A stretch of DNA of 53,849 bases, taken from NCBI GenBank assembly GCA_030615855.1, contig JAUWYL010000001.1, positions 1 to 53,849 on the forward strand. The letters run 5' to 3'. A model generated the notes under the pieces. It did no database searches. It was not told the origin of the DNA and worked only from the letters and a program-made list of their open reading frames with translations. The translations under genes and the position numbers were made by a program. Source of the stretch: a bacterium (GTDB taxonomy: Bacteria; UBP18; UBA7526). Of the stretch, positions 15,205 to 24,398 are shown one piece after another. Within the stretch, counting starts at the first letter, position 1; each line of letters begins with the position of its first letter.

Positions 15205-16649
15205 TGGTTGAGTTAGCTAATATTTATAAGACAAAGAAAGAGAAAAAAGCCTTTCATCTCGTTTTTTTGGATGTAAGAATGCCGGGCATGGATGGGGTGG
15301 AGACCTGTAGGGCGATAAGGGAGATCGATCCCCGAATAATCATTATTATGATAAGCGCCTATGCGGTAGAGAAAGAGGTGAAGGAGGCTCAGAGGCTGGG
15401 TGCCCTGGACTTTCTCTCCAAGCCCTTTGATGTGAAGAGAATATTCAGTATCGTGGAGAGCGTGCAGAGTAGGAAGGGAATGAAAAGACAGAGGATTTTA
15501 GTGGTGGATGATGAGACCTACACCAGGGTATTCATGAAGGAACTCTTGGAAGGAAAGGGGCATGAGGTTGTCACCGTAGAGGATGGATATAAAGCACTCG
15601 AAGTTCTAAAGGGGGCTGTGACAATAGAGAGAAGGAAAGAGGTGGAGAGAAAGGCCTTAAGTTTTCGGGAAGGGGTCGCCCGGCTGGTGAGGGAGAGGGA
15701 GGAGAGAGAAAAACTCTCCCAGGCCCTCTATGATAAGGCAATAGTAACCGTAAAGAAGGTATTAAAAGAGGCAGAGGAAGGGAATATAGAGAGCGGCCAT
15801 GAGGTTAGCAAGATAGTGGAAGAGATGGTCGATTCCCTCTCTTCAGGAGATAATACCCTGGTCGTCCTGGTAAATAAGAGGACTAGCGAGGAGAACTACC
15901 TCTATACCCACTCAGTAAATGTCGCCATCCTCTCCATTAAGGTCGGTCTAGGATTGGACTATGGGAAGGATAAATTGATTGATTTAGGAGTGAGTGCCTT
16001 CCTCCACGATGTGGGGATGGTGAAGGTCATGGAGATTGCTAAATTACCCAGGAGGTTGACTCCCAGGGAGTATGAGAAGATAAAGAAGCATCCCATATAT
16101 GGGAAAGAGATCTTAGAAAAAGTGAGGGATATCTCAAAGTCAGCCATCCAGACCGCCTATCAGCAGCACGAGAGGCTTAGGGGCCAGGGCTATCCAGAAG
16201 GAATAAGAGCCTGTAAGATAAATGGGTATGCCCAGATCGTGGGCCTGGTGGATGTCTATGAGGCATTGACCCACCCTCGAGTCTATAGGAAGAGGTTCCC
16301 GCCCCATGAGGCCATGAGGATGATTGTTGACTCCTCAAGGGACCTCTTTTCCTTACACATAATAAAGGAATTGATGAGGGAACTGGGCACCTATCCCATA
16401 GGGAGCATAGTGAGATTGGATTCCAGAGAGATCGGGAGGGTCATTGGGGCCAATAAGCGTTTTCCCTTGAGGCCCAGAATACTCATCCTCTTCGACCGGG
16501 ATGGTCAGCGACTGAAGGAGCCCAAGGAGGTCGACTTAGTGAAGAGTGGTCTCCTCCACATAGTAGAGCCCATTGATGAGGAGAAGTTAGAGTCGGAATT
16601 GGGAAGGAGCGATTGGTGGATAAACCTCTGGCGAAGCGTGGGAGAGTGA
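15204..16649 (+). CDS. HD-GYP domain protein with a rearranged (circularly permuted) receiver domain
   Basis: FLDVRMP...KPF precedes ILVVDDE; HSVNVA, HDVG, HP, QHE..RGQGYP, DVYEALT. Confidence 0.85.
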   Translation: MVELANIYKTKKEKKAFHLVFLDVRMPGMDGVETCRAIREIDPRIIIIMISAYAVEKEVKEAQRLGALDFLSKPFDVKRIFSIVESVQSRKGMKRQRILVVDDETYTRVFMKELLEGKGHEVVTVEDGYKALEVLKGAVTIERRKEVERKALSFREGVARLVREREEREKLSQALYDKAIVTVKKVLKEAEEGNIESGHEVSKIVEEMVDSLSSGDNTLVVLVNKRTSEENYLYTHSVNVAILSIKVGLGLDYGKDKLIDLGVSAFLHDVGMVKVMEIAKLPRRLTPREYEKIKKHPIYGKEILEKVRDISKSAIQTAYQQHERLRGQGYPEGIRACKINGYAQIVGLVDVYEALTHPRVYRKRFPPHEAMRMIVDSSRDLFSLHIIKELMRELGTYPIGSIVRLDSREIGRVIGANKRFPLRPRILILFDRDGQRLKEPKEVDLVKSGLLHIVEPIDEEKLESELGRSDWWINLWRSVGE

Positions 16650-16656
16650 GGTAGAC

Positions 16657-16762
16657 GAATAAGGGAAACGGGGAATGGGTGAATCGGAGAAGGGATGAGT
16701 CATGCGTTGTGAGTTAAAACACAGCATGCAGAACACAAAATAAACTGACGAATTGAATAGAA
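16657..16762. repeat. Orphan degenerate short-repeat tracts
   Basis: gaataagg gaaacggg gaatgggt gaatcgga gaaggg 8-mers, then aacacag/catgcag/aacacaa 7-mers. Confidence 0.5.
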
Positions 16763-16775
16763 GGTAGGAGAGATC

Positions 16776-17789
16776 GTGGTGCGGATGGCGGATTACTTCA
16801 AGAAGGCTCGAGGAGAAAAGAAAAAAGTTAAGAAAGAGGAGAAGCCCCCTGAGCCTGGGGTGAGCCTGGCCAAAATAGCCAAGGAGAAAGAGCCGGAAGA
16901 AAGACCAGAGACCATATACGAAGAGGCTCTCTCTTTGATAGAGAGGATATTGAAGGAGGCAGAGGAAGGAAGGATTAAGAGCCATCAGGATATCCCTCCT
17001 CTCATAGGGAAGATGGTCAACTCCCTGTCAAAGGGGAATGATGGCCTGGTTCTCTTGGCGAGCGAGAGGGCCACAGAAGAGAACTACCTCTATGCCCACT
17101 CGGTAAATGTCGCCATCCTCTCCATTGAGGTCGGCCTGGGATTGGGCTATGAGAGGGATAAATTGATTGATTTAGGAGTGAGTGCCTTCCTCCATGACGT
17201 GGGGATGGTGAAGGTCATGGAGATCGCTCAATTACGCAGGAGGTTGACGAAAGAGGAGTATGAAGAGATAAAGAAGCATCCTAAGTACGGGAAAGAGATA
17301 TTAGAAAAGATAAGGGAAATCTCAAAGTCAGCCGTAGAGACCGCCTATCGGCAGCATGAAAGGCTCAGGGGGCAGGGATACCCAGAAGGAGTAAAGGAAG
17401 AAGAGGTACACGAATATGCCCAGATAGTAGGCCTGACAGATGTCTATGAGGCATTAACCCACCCCAGGGTCTATCGCAAGAAAATGCCGCCCCATAAGGC
17501 GCTTGAGATCATTATAGATTATAGCGAGGATTTATTCGCTCCCCAGATGGTGAAGGCCCTTGTGGCTCAACTCTCCCTCTATCCTATTGGGAGCTGGGTG
17601 AGACTCAATACTGGAGAAGTGGGGAGGGTGACAGGAGCCAATAAGGACTCCCCTTCCCGACCAATAATAAATATCATTCTTGGTCCGGATGGTGAGAGAT
17701 TGAAAGAGGCCAAGAGACTGAATCTTCTCCAACATCACTACATATCTATTAAGGAGGCTCTTGATGAGGAAGAATTGGAAGAGAAATAG
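16776..17789 (+). CDS. HD-GYP domain protein, close paralog of the preceding gene
   Basis: Same motifs; long near-identical DNA tracts shared with about 15890-16290. Confidence 0.88.
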   Translation: MVRMADYFKKARGEKKKVKKEEKPPEPGVSLAKIAKEKEPEERPETIYEEALSLIERILKEAEEGRIKSHQDIPPLIGKMVNSLSKGNDGLVLLASERATEENYLYAHSVNVAILSIEVGLGLGYERDKLIDLGVSAFLHDVGMVKVMEIAQLRRRLTKEEYEEIKKHPKYGKEILEKIREISKSAVETAYRQHERLRGQGYPEGVKEEEVHEYAQIVGLTDVYEALTHPRVYRKKMPPHKALEIIIDYSEDLFAPQMVKALVAQLSLYPIGSWVRLNTGEVGRVTGANKDSPSRPIINIILGPDGERLKEAKRLNLLQHHYISIKEALDEEELEEK

Positions 17790-20205
17790 TCTTGCCTTAG
17801 GAATATTGATCCTATGCCTCATGCTTTCCCTTTCCCTCTTTGCCCAGAAGAAAGAGATTCACCTCATTACGATTGAAGTCCAGGATATGAGGGAGAAGGC
17901 CGTAGTCTCCCTGGGTTCTGACGGAAGGTTAGCACACCGTGCCTTTCAGTTAAAGGACCCTCCCAGGCTGCGCCTCTACCTACCAGAGACCATCCTCACC
18001 TGGGAAGAGAAGGAGATATCCTATAAAGCGGGCCTGGTGAAGAGGATAGAGGCCGAGCAGTATAGTGAAAAGCCCCTCATCGTCAAGGTTGATATCTACC
18101 TTGCCTATCCCACCTCCTATGCCATAGAGGTGGATGAAGAATTGCTCACCTTAGAACTCGACAAGAGAGGGATCTTCACCCCAAAGGAACAGGCGAGAGA
18201 GGCTAAAAGATATTATAAAGAGGGGAAACGCCATTATAAGAGGAGAGAGTTTGAGGAGGCCATCTCAGATTTTGAGAAGGCACTGGACTTCGATCCTAAG
18301 TTAGTGAGAGCGGAGAATTATATCCAGAAGGCAAAGAAAGGGATGAGGGAAGAGGAGAGATTAGAGAGGGAGAGGCTTGAGCAATTGAAAGCCCAGGAGA
18401 TAGGGAAAGCAAAGAAGAGAGAAGAGGAGAGAAGAAGGGAGACCATTAAGAAGCACTATACCTTAGGGAAGGCCTTCTATCAGGAAGGGAAGCTCCAGAA
18501 GGCCATCTCCCAGTGGGATAAAGTACTAGCCCTAAATCCGAAACATAAGGGCGCCCTAAAATATAAAAGGAAGGCAGAGGAGGAATTAAAAAAGGTTATT
18601 GCTAAAAGGGAGGAAGAAAAGAGGAAGGGAAGGATAGCCCGTTATTTTGAAGAGGGGAGGACTTACTATGAGAAGGGTGAGTTTCCCCCCGCCCTGGCTT
18701 CCTTCGAAAAAGTACTAAAACTCGATCCCAAGAATAAAAGAGCCCTGGAATACCGAGAGAGGTGCAAGGTAGCATTGGCCAGAGAGGCTGAGAAGAGGAG
18801 GCTTATTGAGGCCCGTCTCCAGGAGAGGGAAGAGGCCTACTTAGATAAGACGCGAGAGGAGTTGGAAAGGAAGAGGAAGATAGAGGAACTGAAGGCTGCC
18901 CGAAAGGAAGCGAGAGAGATAGAAGAAGTGAAGATTGCCCGAAGAGTAGACGAGGCGCTTGGCTTGGAGGTAGAAGAGATAGAGGTGAGGGAACTCCCCA
19001 AGGAGACCCAGGTAATCATCATCCCTACGGGAAGAGTAGTCTATTCCTCCTTTGAATTGAAGGATCCTCCAAGATTGGTCATCGATATCCCGGATACTAT
19101 TTTGAAGTGGGAGAAGAAAGAAATGAAGGTAGAGAAAGGGGCCATTCAGAGGATAAGGTGTGGCCAGTTCCAGGAGGAGCCTCCCATCAGCCGGGTAGTG
19201 ATAGACTTCAAGGAGCCAGGAGTCGAATATCGGGTGGGGAGAGAAGAGGATAAGATCCTGGTAAGCATCGCCAAGCCTGAGGCTGAGAGGGAAGAGGTGA
19301 GGGAGAGGAGAGAGGAGGTTGTTCTTCCTATAAAGCCCAAAAAGCCTGAGGAATATATTATTGGGATTGGCGACCTGTTGGATATTTCTGTCTGGGGGTA
19401 TGATGAATTAGCCAAGGAGGTCACGGTGCGCTCGGATGGCAAGATATCCTTTCCCCTGATTGGGGATGTTCAGGCAAGCGGCCTCACCCCCAGTCGATTA
19501 GATAAGAAGATAACTAAAGGATTGACTCTCTATGTCAAGGAACCCCAGGTGACGGTCATTGTCAAGGAGGTGGCGGCTGTTCGACCAGAGGTGGTGAAGA
19601 AGAATAAGGTCTTCATCCTAGGTCAGGTTAAGAATCCAGGGATATATAGGTTCGCTGAGGAAGTGAGTTTCACTGAGGCCATCACCTTAGCAGGTGGGGT
19701 GACCGAGGCGGCCTCCTTTGAGAAGGTGACGGTTACCACAAAGGAAGGGAAGGTCATCCCTATCAACCTCAATCGATTACTCATCCAGGGGGATAAGAGT
19801 GAGGATATCATGCTTCAGGATGGGGATACCATATACATCGCAGAGGCCAAGAAGGTTCTCATCTTAGGTGAGGTTAAGAACCCTGGAGCCTATAATCTGC
19901 CTGAGAAGAAGATCGGAGTCTTAGGGGGGATCGTTGGCCTGGCAGGTAGCTATACAGAGGATGCGGTATTGAAGACCGTGGCCCTCTTGAGATGGAGCCC
20001 GGATCGTCCCCAGATGATCCTGGTCGATATGAAAAAGATCCTGCGCAAGGGAGAACTCCAGAGGGATATCACCCTGGAGCCCGGGGATATTATCTTTGTT
20101 CCCACAAGGGTTATTGCCAGCATCAATTATGTGATAAGACAGATCATGCCTTCTTTGAGGGCGGCAGAATGGATGGAGGAGTGGAGGAGATGGCCAGCAG
20201 AATAA
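17764..20205 (+). CDS. Polysaccharide export protein (Wza/OPX-like) with AMIN and TPR domains
   Basis: Signal peptide; two F.LKDPPRL AMIN-like repeats; TPR repeats; YIIGIGDLLDISVWG...VRSDGKISFPLIG Poly_export; SLBB repeats. Confidence 0.85.
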   Translation: MRKNWKRNSLALGILILCLMLSLSLFAQKKEIHLITIEVQDMREKAVVSLGSDGRLAHRAFQLKDPPRLRLYLPETILTWEEKEISYKAGLVKRIEAEQYSEKPLIVKVDIYLAYPTSYAIEVDEELLTLELDKRGIFTPKEQAREAKRYYKEGKRHYKRREFEEAISDFEKALDFDPKLVRAENYIQKAKKGMREEERLERERLEQLKAQEIGKAKKREEERRRETIKKHYTLGKAFYQEGKLQKAISQWDKVLALNPKHKGALKYKRKAEEELKKVIAKREEEKRKGRIARYFEEGRTYYEKGEFPPALASFEKVLKLDPKNKRALEYRERCKVALAREAEKRRLIEARLQEREEAYLDKTREELERKRKIEELKAARKEAREIEEVKIARRVDEALGLEVEEIEVRELPKETQVIIIPTGRVVYSSFELKDPPRLVIDIPDTILKWEKKEMKVEKGAIQRIRCGQFQEEPPISRVVIDFKEPGVEYRVGREEDKILVSIAKPEAEREEVRERREEVVLPIKPKKPEEYIIGIGDLLDISVWGYDELAKEVTVRSDGKISFPLIGDVQASGLTPSRLDKKITKGLTLYVKEPQVTVIVKEVAAVRPEVVKKNKVFILGQVKNPGIYRFAEEVSFTEAITLAGGVTEAASFEKVTVTTKEGKVIPINLNRLLIQGDKSEDIMLQDGDTIYIAEAKKVLILGEVKNPGAYNLPEKKIGVLGGIVGLAGSYTEDAVLKTVALLRWSPDRPQMILVDMKKILRKGELQRDITLEPGDIIFVPTRVIASINYVIRQIMPSLRAAEWMEEWRRWPAE

Positions 20206-20234
20206 TCTCTGGGAAGTTTTAAAGGAGAAAAAAG

Positions 20235-22139
20235 ATGCCAAGATATGAGATGAGTTTCTACGATTACTGGAGGATTATCAGGAGGAGGCAGTGGGTCATC
20301 ATCCTATCCTTCATCGCTGTCTTGGGAACGACCATAGCCTTCACCCAGATGCAGATCCCCATCTATCGGGCATCAACGACCATCAAGATTGAGGAGCGCA
20401 AGTCAATGGCTGGCTTGCTTGTTGAATTATTAACCTGGGGCCCGGGGGATACCATGGCCACCTCAGCAGAGATAATCAAGAGTAGACCGATAATGGATGA
20501 GGTAGCTAAGAGGATGGGCCTGGTCACTGAGGCTGCTCCCAAGGAGGAGAGAGATAGGATAGCAAGCAGCCTCCAGGGAGCCGTCTCTGTGAAGAGGGAG
20601 GGAATGACCAATATCCTGCGCATCATGGCTACTACAGACAATCCCCAGAAGGCGATCAGGTTAGCAAACACTACAGTAGAGGCCTTCATCGCCTATAATT
20701 TTGAGGAAAGAAGAAAAGATGCTCGGATGGTGCGGAAGTTCATTGAGGAACAGTTAACAGGGGTGGAGATAAAGTTGAAGAATGCGGAGGAGGCATTGAA
20801 GGCCTTTCGGGAGAAGGGAAAGGGCGCCGGGGTTACTGGTGCCCTGACGGCAAGATTCATTGACCTCCGATTCAAGCTCTCCAGTCTCCTGCGTAGATAT
20901 ACTGAGAAGCATCCCGAGGTGATTAAGATAAAGGAAGAGATGGAAACCCTGGGAAAGGAGCTGAAGCTCGCCCCGGCAGAGGAGATAGAACTCACCAGGA
21001 TTATGAGGGAGGTATCGGCCAATGAGAGCCTCTATCTCATGCTCCAGAAGAAATTCAAGGAGGCCCAGATAAGAGAGGCGGAGAAGGTGGGGACGGTGAG
21101 CATTATCGATCAGGCAGTGGGAGCGAGCCTGGTCAGCCCCAATAAGAAGCTCAACTTCGGAGTGGGAGCAGTTATCGGTCTTATGTTAGGCCTCCTCTTA
21201 GCCTTTGTTACTGAGAGTATAGACACCTCAGTGGGGACCATAGAGGAGGTGGAGGCCTATCTCAAGATCCCGGTCTTAGGGGTCATTCCCCACATCCCGG
21301 AAGCACGGGAGGAGGTCCCCTTCTGGAGGAGGCATCGGGTCAAGGTCAAGGAGAAGGGCACCAGGCTCAGGGAGCAGCTCATCGTCCACTGGAATCCAAA
21401 ATCCACAGTCTCTGAGGCCTATCGGAGCCTCCAGACCAATATCGACTTCACCCGGATGGGGAAGAAGGGGGATACCCTGCTCTTCGTAAGCGCCGAGCCG
21501 AGGGAGGGGAAAACTTTAACCGTCTGTAATTGTGCCGTGGCCTTAGCCCAGATGGGGAAGAAGGTGCTCCTCGTAGAGAGCGACCTGCGCCGTCCGGTAC
21601 TCCATCGCATCTTTGGGCTGAAGAAGGAGCCGGGCCTGACAGACATCCTGATAAAGAAACTCAAGGCACAAGAAGCCATAAGGACTACCACGGATATCAT
21701 ATTGGGTGATCTGAAGATGGAGGAGGTATTGAAGACCCCGGGATTGGATAATCTAAGTGTTCTTACTTCAGGACACCTCCCTCCCAATCCCACAGAACTT
21801 CTGGGCTCTCCAGAGATGAGGGAACTGATAAGCGAATTCAAGACGAAGTATGATGTCATCCTCTTCGATTCCTCCCCCATCCTTCCAGTAACGGATGGCA
21901 CCATATTGGGTGCTCAGGTGGATGGGGTGGTCATGGTCTATCAGGTGGGAAGGGCCGCCCGGGGTGCTCTAAGGAGGGCCAAGGTGCAATTGGATAATGC
22001 CAAGGCCCATATCTTGGGCATTGTTCTTAATGATATCCGGGCAGCGGAGATGCGCCTCGCCCCCCACTACTACTACCGCTACCGATACTATGGAGAGAGA
22101 AAAAGAAGGGGCCTCTTCCGGAGGAGAAAGAAGGGCTAA
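20235..22139 (+). CDS. wzc: Wzc-like polysaccharide co-polymerase / tyrosine autokinase
   Basis: Wzz N-terminus, second TM, SEAYRSL, SAEPREGKT, DLRRP, DSSP, C-terminal Tyr cluster HYYYRYRYY. Confidence 0.9.
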   Translation: MPRYEMSFYDYWRIIRRRQWVIILSFIAVLGTTIAFTQMQIPIYRASTTIKIEERKSMAGLLVELLTWGPGDTMATSAEIIKSRPIMDEVAKRMGLVTEAAPKEERDRIASSLQGAVSVKREGMTNILRIMATTDNPQKAIRLANTTVEAFIAYNFEERRKDARMVRKFIEEQLTGVEIKLKNAEEALKAFREKGKGAGVTGALTARFIDLRFKLSSLLRRYTEKHPEVIKIKEEMETLGKELKLAPAEEIELTRIMREVSANESLYLMLQKKFKEAQIREAEKVGTVSIIDQAVGASLVSPNKKLNFGVGAVIGLMLGLLLAFVTESIDTSVGTIEEVEAYLKIPVLGVIPHIPEAREEVPFWRRHRVKVKEKGTRLREQLIVHWNPKSTVSEAYRSLQTNIDFTRMGKKGDTLLFVSAEPREGKTLTVCNCAVALAQMGKKVLLVESDLRRPVLHRIFGLKKEPGLTDILIKKLKAQEAIRTTTDIILGDLKMEEVLKTPGLDNLSVLTSGHLPPNPTELLGSPEMRELISEFKTKYDVILFDSSPILPVTDGTILGAQVDGVVMVYQVGRAARGALRRAKVQLDNAKAHILGIVLNDIRAAEMRLAPHYYYRYRYYGERKRRGLFRRRKKG

Positions 22140-22206
22140 GTCGCAGGTCGCAGGTCTTTAGGATTTAATATCTGCTCTAGGACCTGGCGACTTTGCGACT
22201 TTTTTT
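22139..22206 (+). terminator. Repeat-derived hairpin followed by a T-tract (terminator-like)
   Basis: agtcgcaggtcgcaggtc ... gacctggcgactttgcgact, then a T run. Confidence 0.45.
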
Positions 22207-22411
22207 ATCGTATCGGAATTTGAATAAATTCAATTCCGACCGCCCCTTGCCCTTTCCCGCAAGGGACCCCGCTAGAGGCGGAGTCCCAACGGGACGCGGC
22301 GGGTCAAGGAGCGGGACTGCAATAGGCACAGAGACGATACGACCCAGCCTCTTTGACAAAAGGGGCTGTCCGAAGGAAGATAGAGCACGAGCAAAGCGAG
22401 TGCCTATCTGG
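22201..22411 (+). ncRNA. Putative structured cis-acting RNA, copy 2, with a three-hairpin insertion
   Basis: Homologous to 14822-14988; UUCG cap replaced by tccc-gcaa-ggga, ccgc-tagag-gcgg and gtccc-aac-gggac. Confidence 0.6.
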
Positions 22412-22426
22412 TTGAGGGGAAAGAGA

Positions 22427-23791
22427 TTGATTAAAGAACCTGGCCAGATAAATATGAGGGCGATACTCTTATTCCTGCTCATCATTCTTCTTGCCCTCTT
22501 CATAGGGAGCAATGTCGTCAAACTTCCTCCCAGGATAATGATCGGCCTGGCCTGTGGGGTAATAATAGGCATCATTACCTTAGTGAGGACGGATATCGCC
22601 TTGGGGATCATAATCTTTAGCATGCTCCTATCCCCAGAATTAGCGGTGGCTGGGGTCCCGGGAAGGGCGGTGGTCATTCGGATAGAGGACTTTTTGCTCA
22701 TTGGGGTCATCTTTACCTGGTTGGCGAAGACAGCCATCAATAAGGAGTTAGGGTTATTGGTCCGCACCCCCTTAAACCTACCCATCATTGCTTATATATC
22801 AGTCTGTGTTCTATTTACTTTGAAAGGAGTGATCATCGGAGATGTGGCCTATCCTAAGAAGAGTCTATTCTATCTTCTGAAGTATAGCGAATACTTCCTC
22901 CTTTACTTCCTAGTAGCGAATAATATCAGAACTAAAAAAGAGGTAAAGAACTTTCTCTTCATCTTTTTAATCGTCTGTTTCATCATCTGCCTCTATGGCT
23001 ACTTCCAGATAGCCCAGGGGGTGACCAGGGTCACCGCTCCCTTTGAGGGACCGAAGGGAGAGCCCAATACCTTAGGGGGGTATCTTCTATTTATGTTCGC
23101 CATTGCTTCTGGCCTCACCCTATATAATCCTTCCCGGATGGGTCGCCGCTGGTCAGGGGCCTTGGCCTGCTTCATGATTCCTCCCTTTCTTTTCACTCTA
23201 TCCCGGGGTTCCTTCTTAGCCTTTCCCTTTATGTTCCTCACCCTTATCCTTCTGACCAGAGAGAAGAGGCTCATCCTCACCATAATATTGGTCTCCCTCC
23301 TCATCCTGAGTCCTATTATCCTTCCTCAGTCAGTAAAGGCGCGTATCGTATCTACCTTTAGAGGAGAGGTGCATACCATCGGACCCTTTCAGGCACCACT
23401 GGCTACCTCTGCCGGAGCGAGGGTGGAGAGCTGGAAGTATGTCTTTAGAATATGGAGGGAGCGACCCCTCTCAGGCTATGGGATCACGGGATTAGGCTTC
23501 ATCGATAGCCAATTTATGCGCACCATTGGGGAACTGGGCCTCATTGGATTACTGGTCTTCATCTGGCTATTGGTAGCCATATTTAGAAGTAGCCTGAGAG
23601 TCTATAGGAGAATTGAGGATCGCTTCTCTCAAGGGTTGACCTTAGGCTTCATCTCTGGCTTCATCGGTCTGGTCATCTTATCGATAACAGCCAATGCCTT
23701 CATCATCGTGCGCATTATGGAGCCCTTCTGGTTTATAGCGGCAATAGTCATGATGCTTCCCAAACTGGGAGAAGAAGAACATTTAGTTTAA
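22427..23791 (+). CDS. O-antigen ligase / Wzy polymerase family protein
   Basis: Many TM helices, EPNTLGGYL, TLSRGS, R...W......P..G.G; start likely TTG 22427 (RBS GAGGGG) or ATG 22454, not 22193. Confidence 0.85.
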   Translation: MIKEPGQINMRAILLFLLIILLALFIGSNVVKLPPRIMIGLACGVIIGIITLVRTDIALGIIIFSMLLSPELAVAGVPGRAVVIRIEDFLLIGVIFTWLAKTAINKELGLLVRTPLNLPIIAYISVCVLFTLKGVIIGDVAYPKKSLFYLLKYSEYFLLYFLVANNIRTKKEVKNFLFIFLIVCFIICLYGYFQIAQGVTRVTAPFEGPKGEPNTLGGYLLFMFAIASGLTLYNPSRMGRRWSGALACFMIPPFLFTLSRGSFLAFPFMFLTLILLTREKRLILTIILVSLLILSPIILPQSVKARIVSTFRGEVHTIGPFQAPLATSAGARVESWKYVFRIWRERPLSGYGITGLGFIDSQFMRTIGELGLIGLLVFIWLLVAIFRSSLRVYRRIEDRFSQGLTLGFISGFIGLVILSITANAFIIVRIMEPFWFIAAIVMMLPKLGEEEHLV

Positions 23792-23923
23792 AATTTTAGG
23801 CAATCTATTTAATCTCTTTGCGATTACATCTGCTTAACAATTGATAGACAACATAGTAAAATAATTTTTGTAAAAACATTTCTTTTACAAAATTATTTTT
23901 TACAAGGTAGTGTTAAAAATCTT

Positions 23924-24325
23924 ATGAAAACCACTGAAGACACAGAATACACTGAAGATAAATACCCACATTCTGAACTGACCGATAAGATAATTAAATG
24001 TGCTATTGATGTGCATAAAACTTTGGGTCCCGGCTTTTTAGAAAGCATCTATGAGAATGCCTTAATTTACGAACTCAGGCAACAGGGATTGAAAGTTGAA
24101 GAACAGAAGTTAGTATCCATACCTTACAAAGAAGTTATCGTGGGTGAACATCGCCTGAATTTACTCGTTGAGGACTCAGTAATAGTTGAAAACAAAACCG
24201 TCAAACAATTCGATGAAATCCATCAGGCGCAAATTTTATCTTACCTAAAGGCAACGGACAAAAGGATCGGTCTTTTGATAAACTTTGCCAAAACTAAGAT
24301 AGAGATAAAAAGAATGATTTTATAA
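23924..24325 (+). CDS. GxxExxY protein (cassette 2)
   Basis: LGPGFLESIYE, LLVE..VIVENK, Q..SYLK....GLLINF; N-terminus TTEDTEYTED is encoded by the left repeat arm. Confidence 0.92.
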   Translation: MKTTEDTEYTEDKYPHSELTDKIIKCAIDVHKTLGPGFLESIYENALIYELRQQGLKVEEQKLVSIPYKEVIVGEHRLNLLVEDSVIVENKTVKQFDEIHQAQILSYLKATDKRIGLLINFAKTKIEIKRMIL

Positions 24326-24372
24326 TCTTTCAGTGTTTTCAGTGACTTCTGTGGTTAAATATTTGACAATAC
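24326..24372. repeat. Right inverted arm of GxxExxY cassette 2 (pairs with 23907-23959)
   Basis: Reverse complement of 24326-24356 (aaccacagaagtcactgaaaacactgaa...) matches aaccactgaagacacagaatacactgaa at 24 of 28 positions. Confidence 0.8.
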
Positions 24373-24398
24373 TTTAAAAAAAGAAGGAGGAAAAGAAG

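Noticed and set aside
22193-22426. N-terminal extension of the Wzy ORF from the ORF track
   Set aside because: It is read-through of the GC-rich structured element; an RBS supports a start at 22427 or 22454
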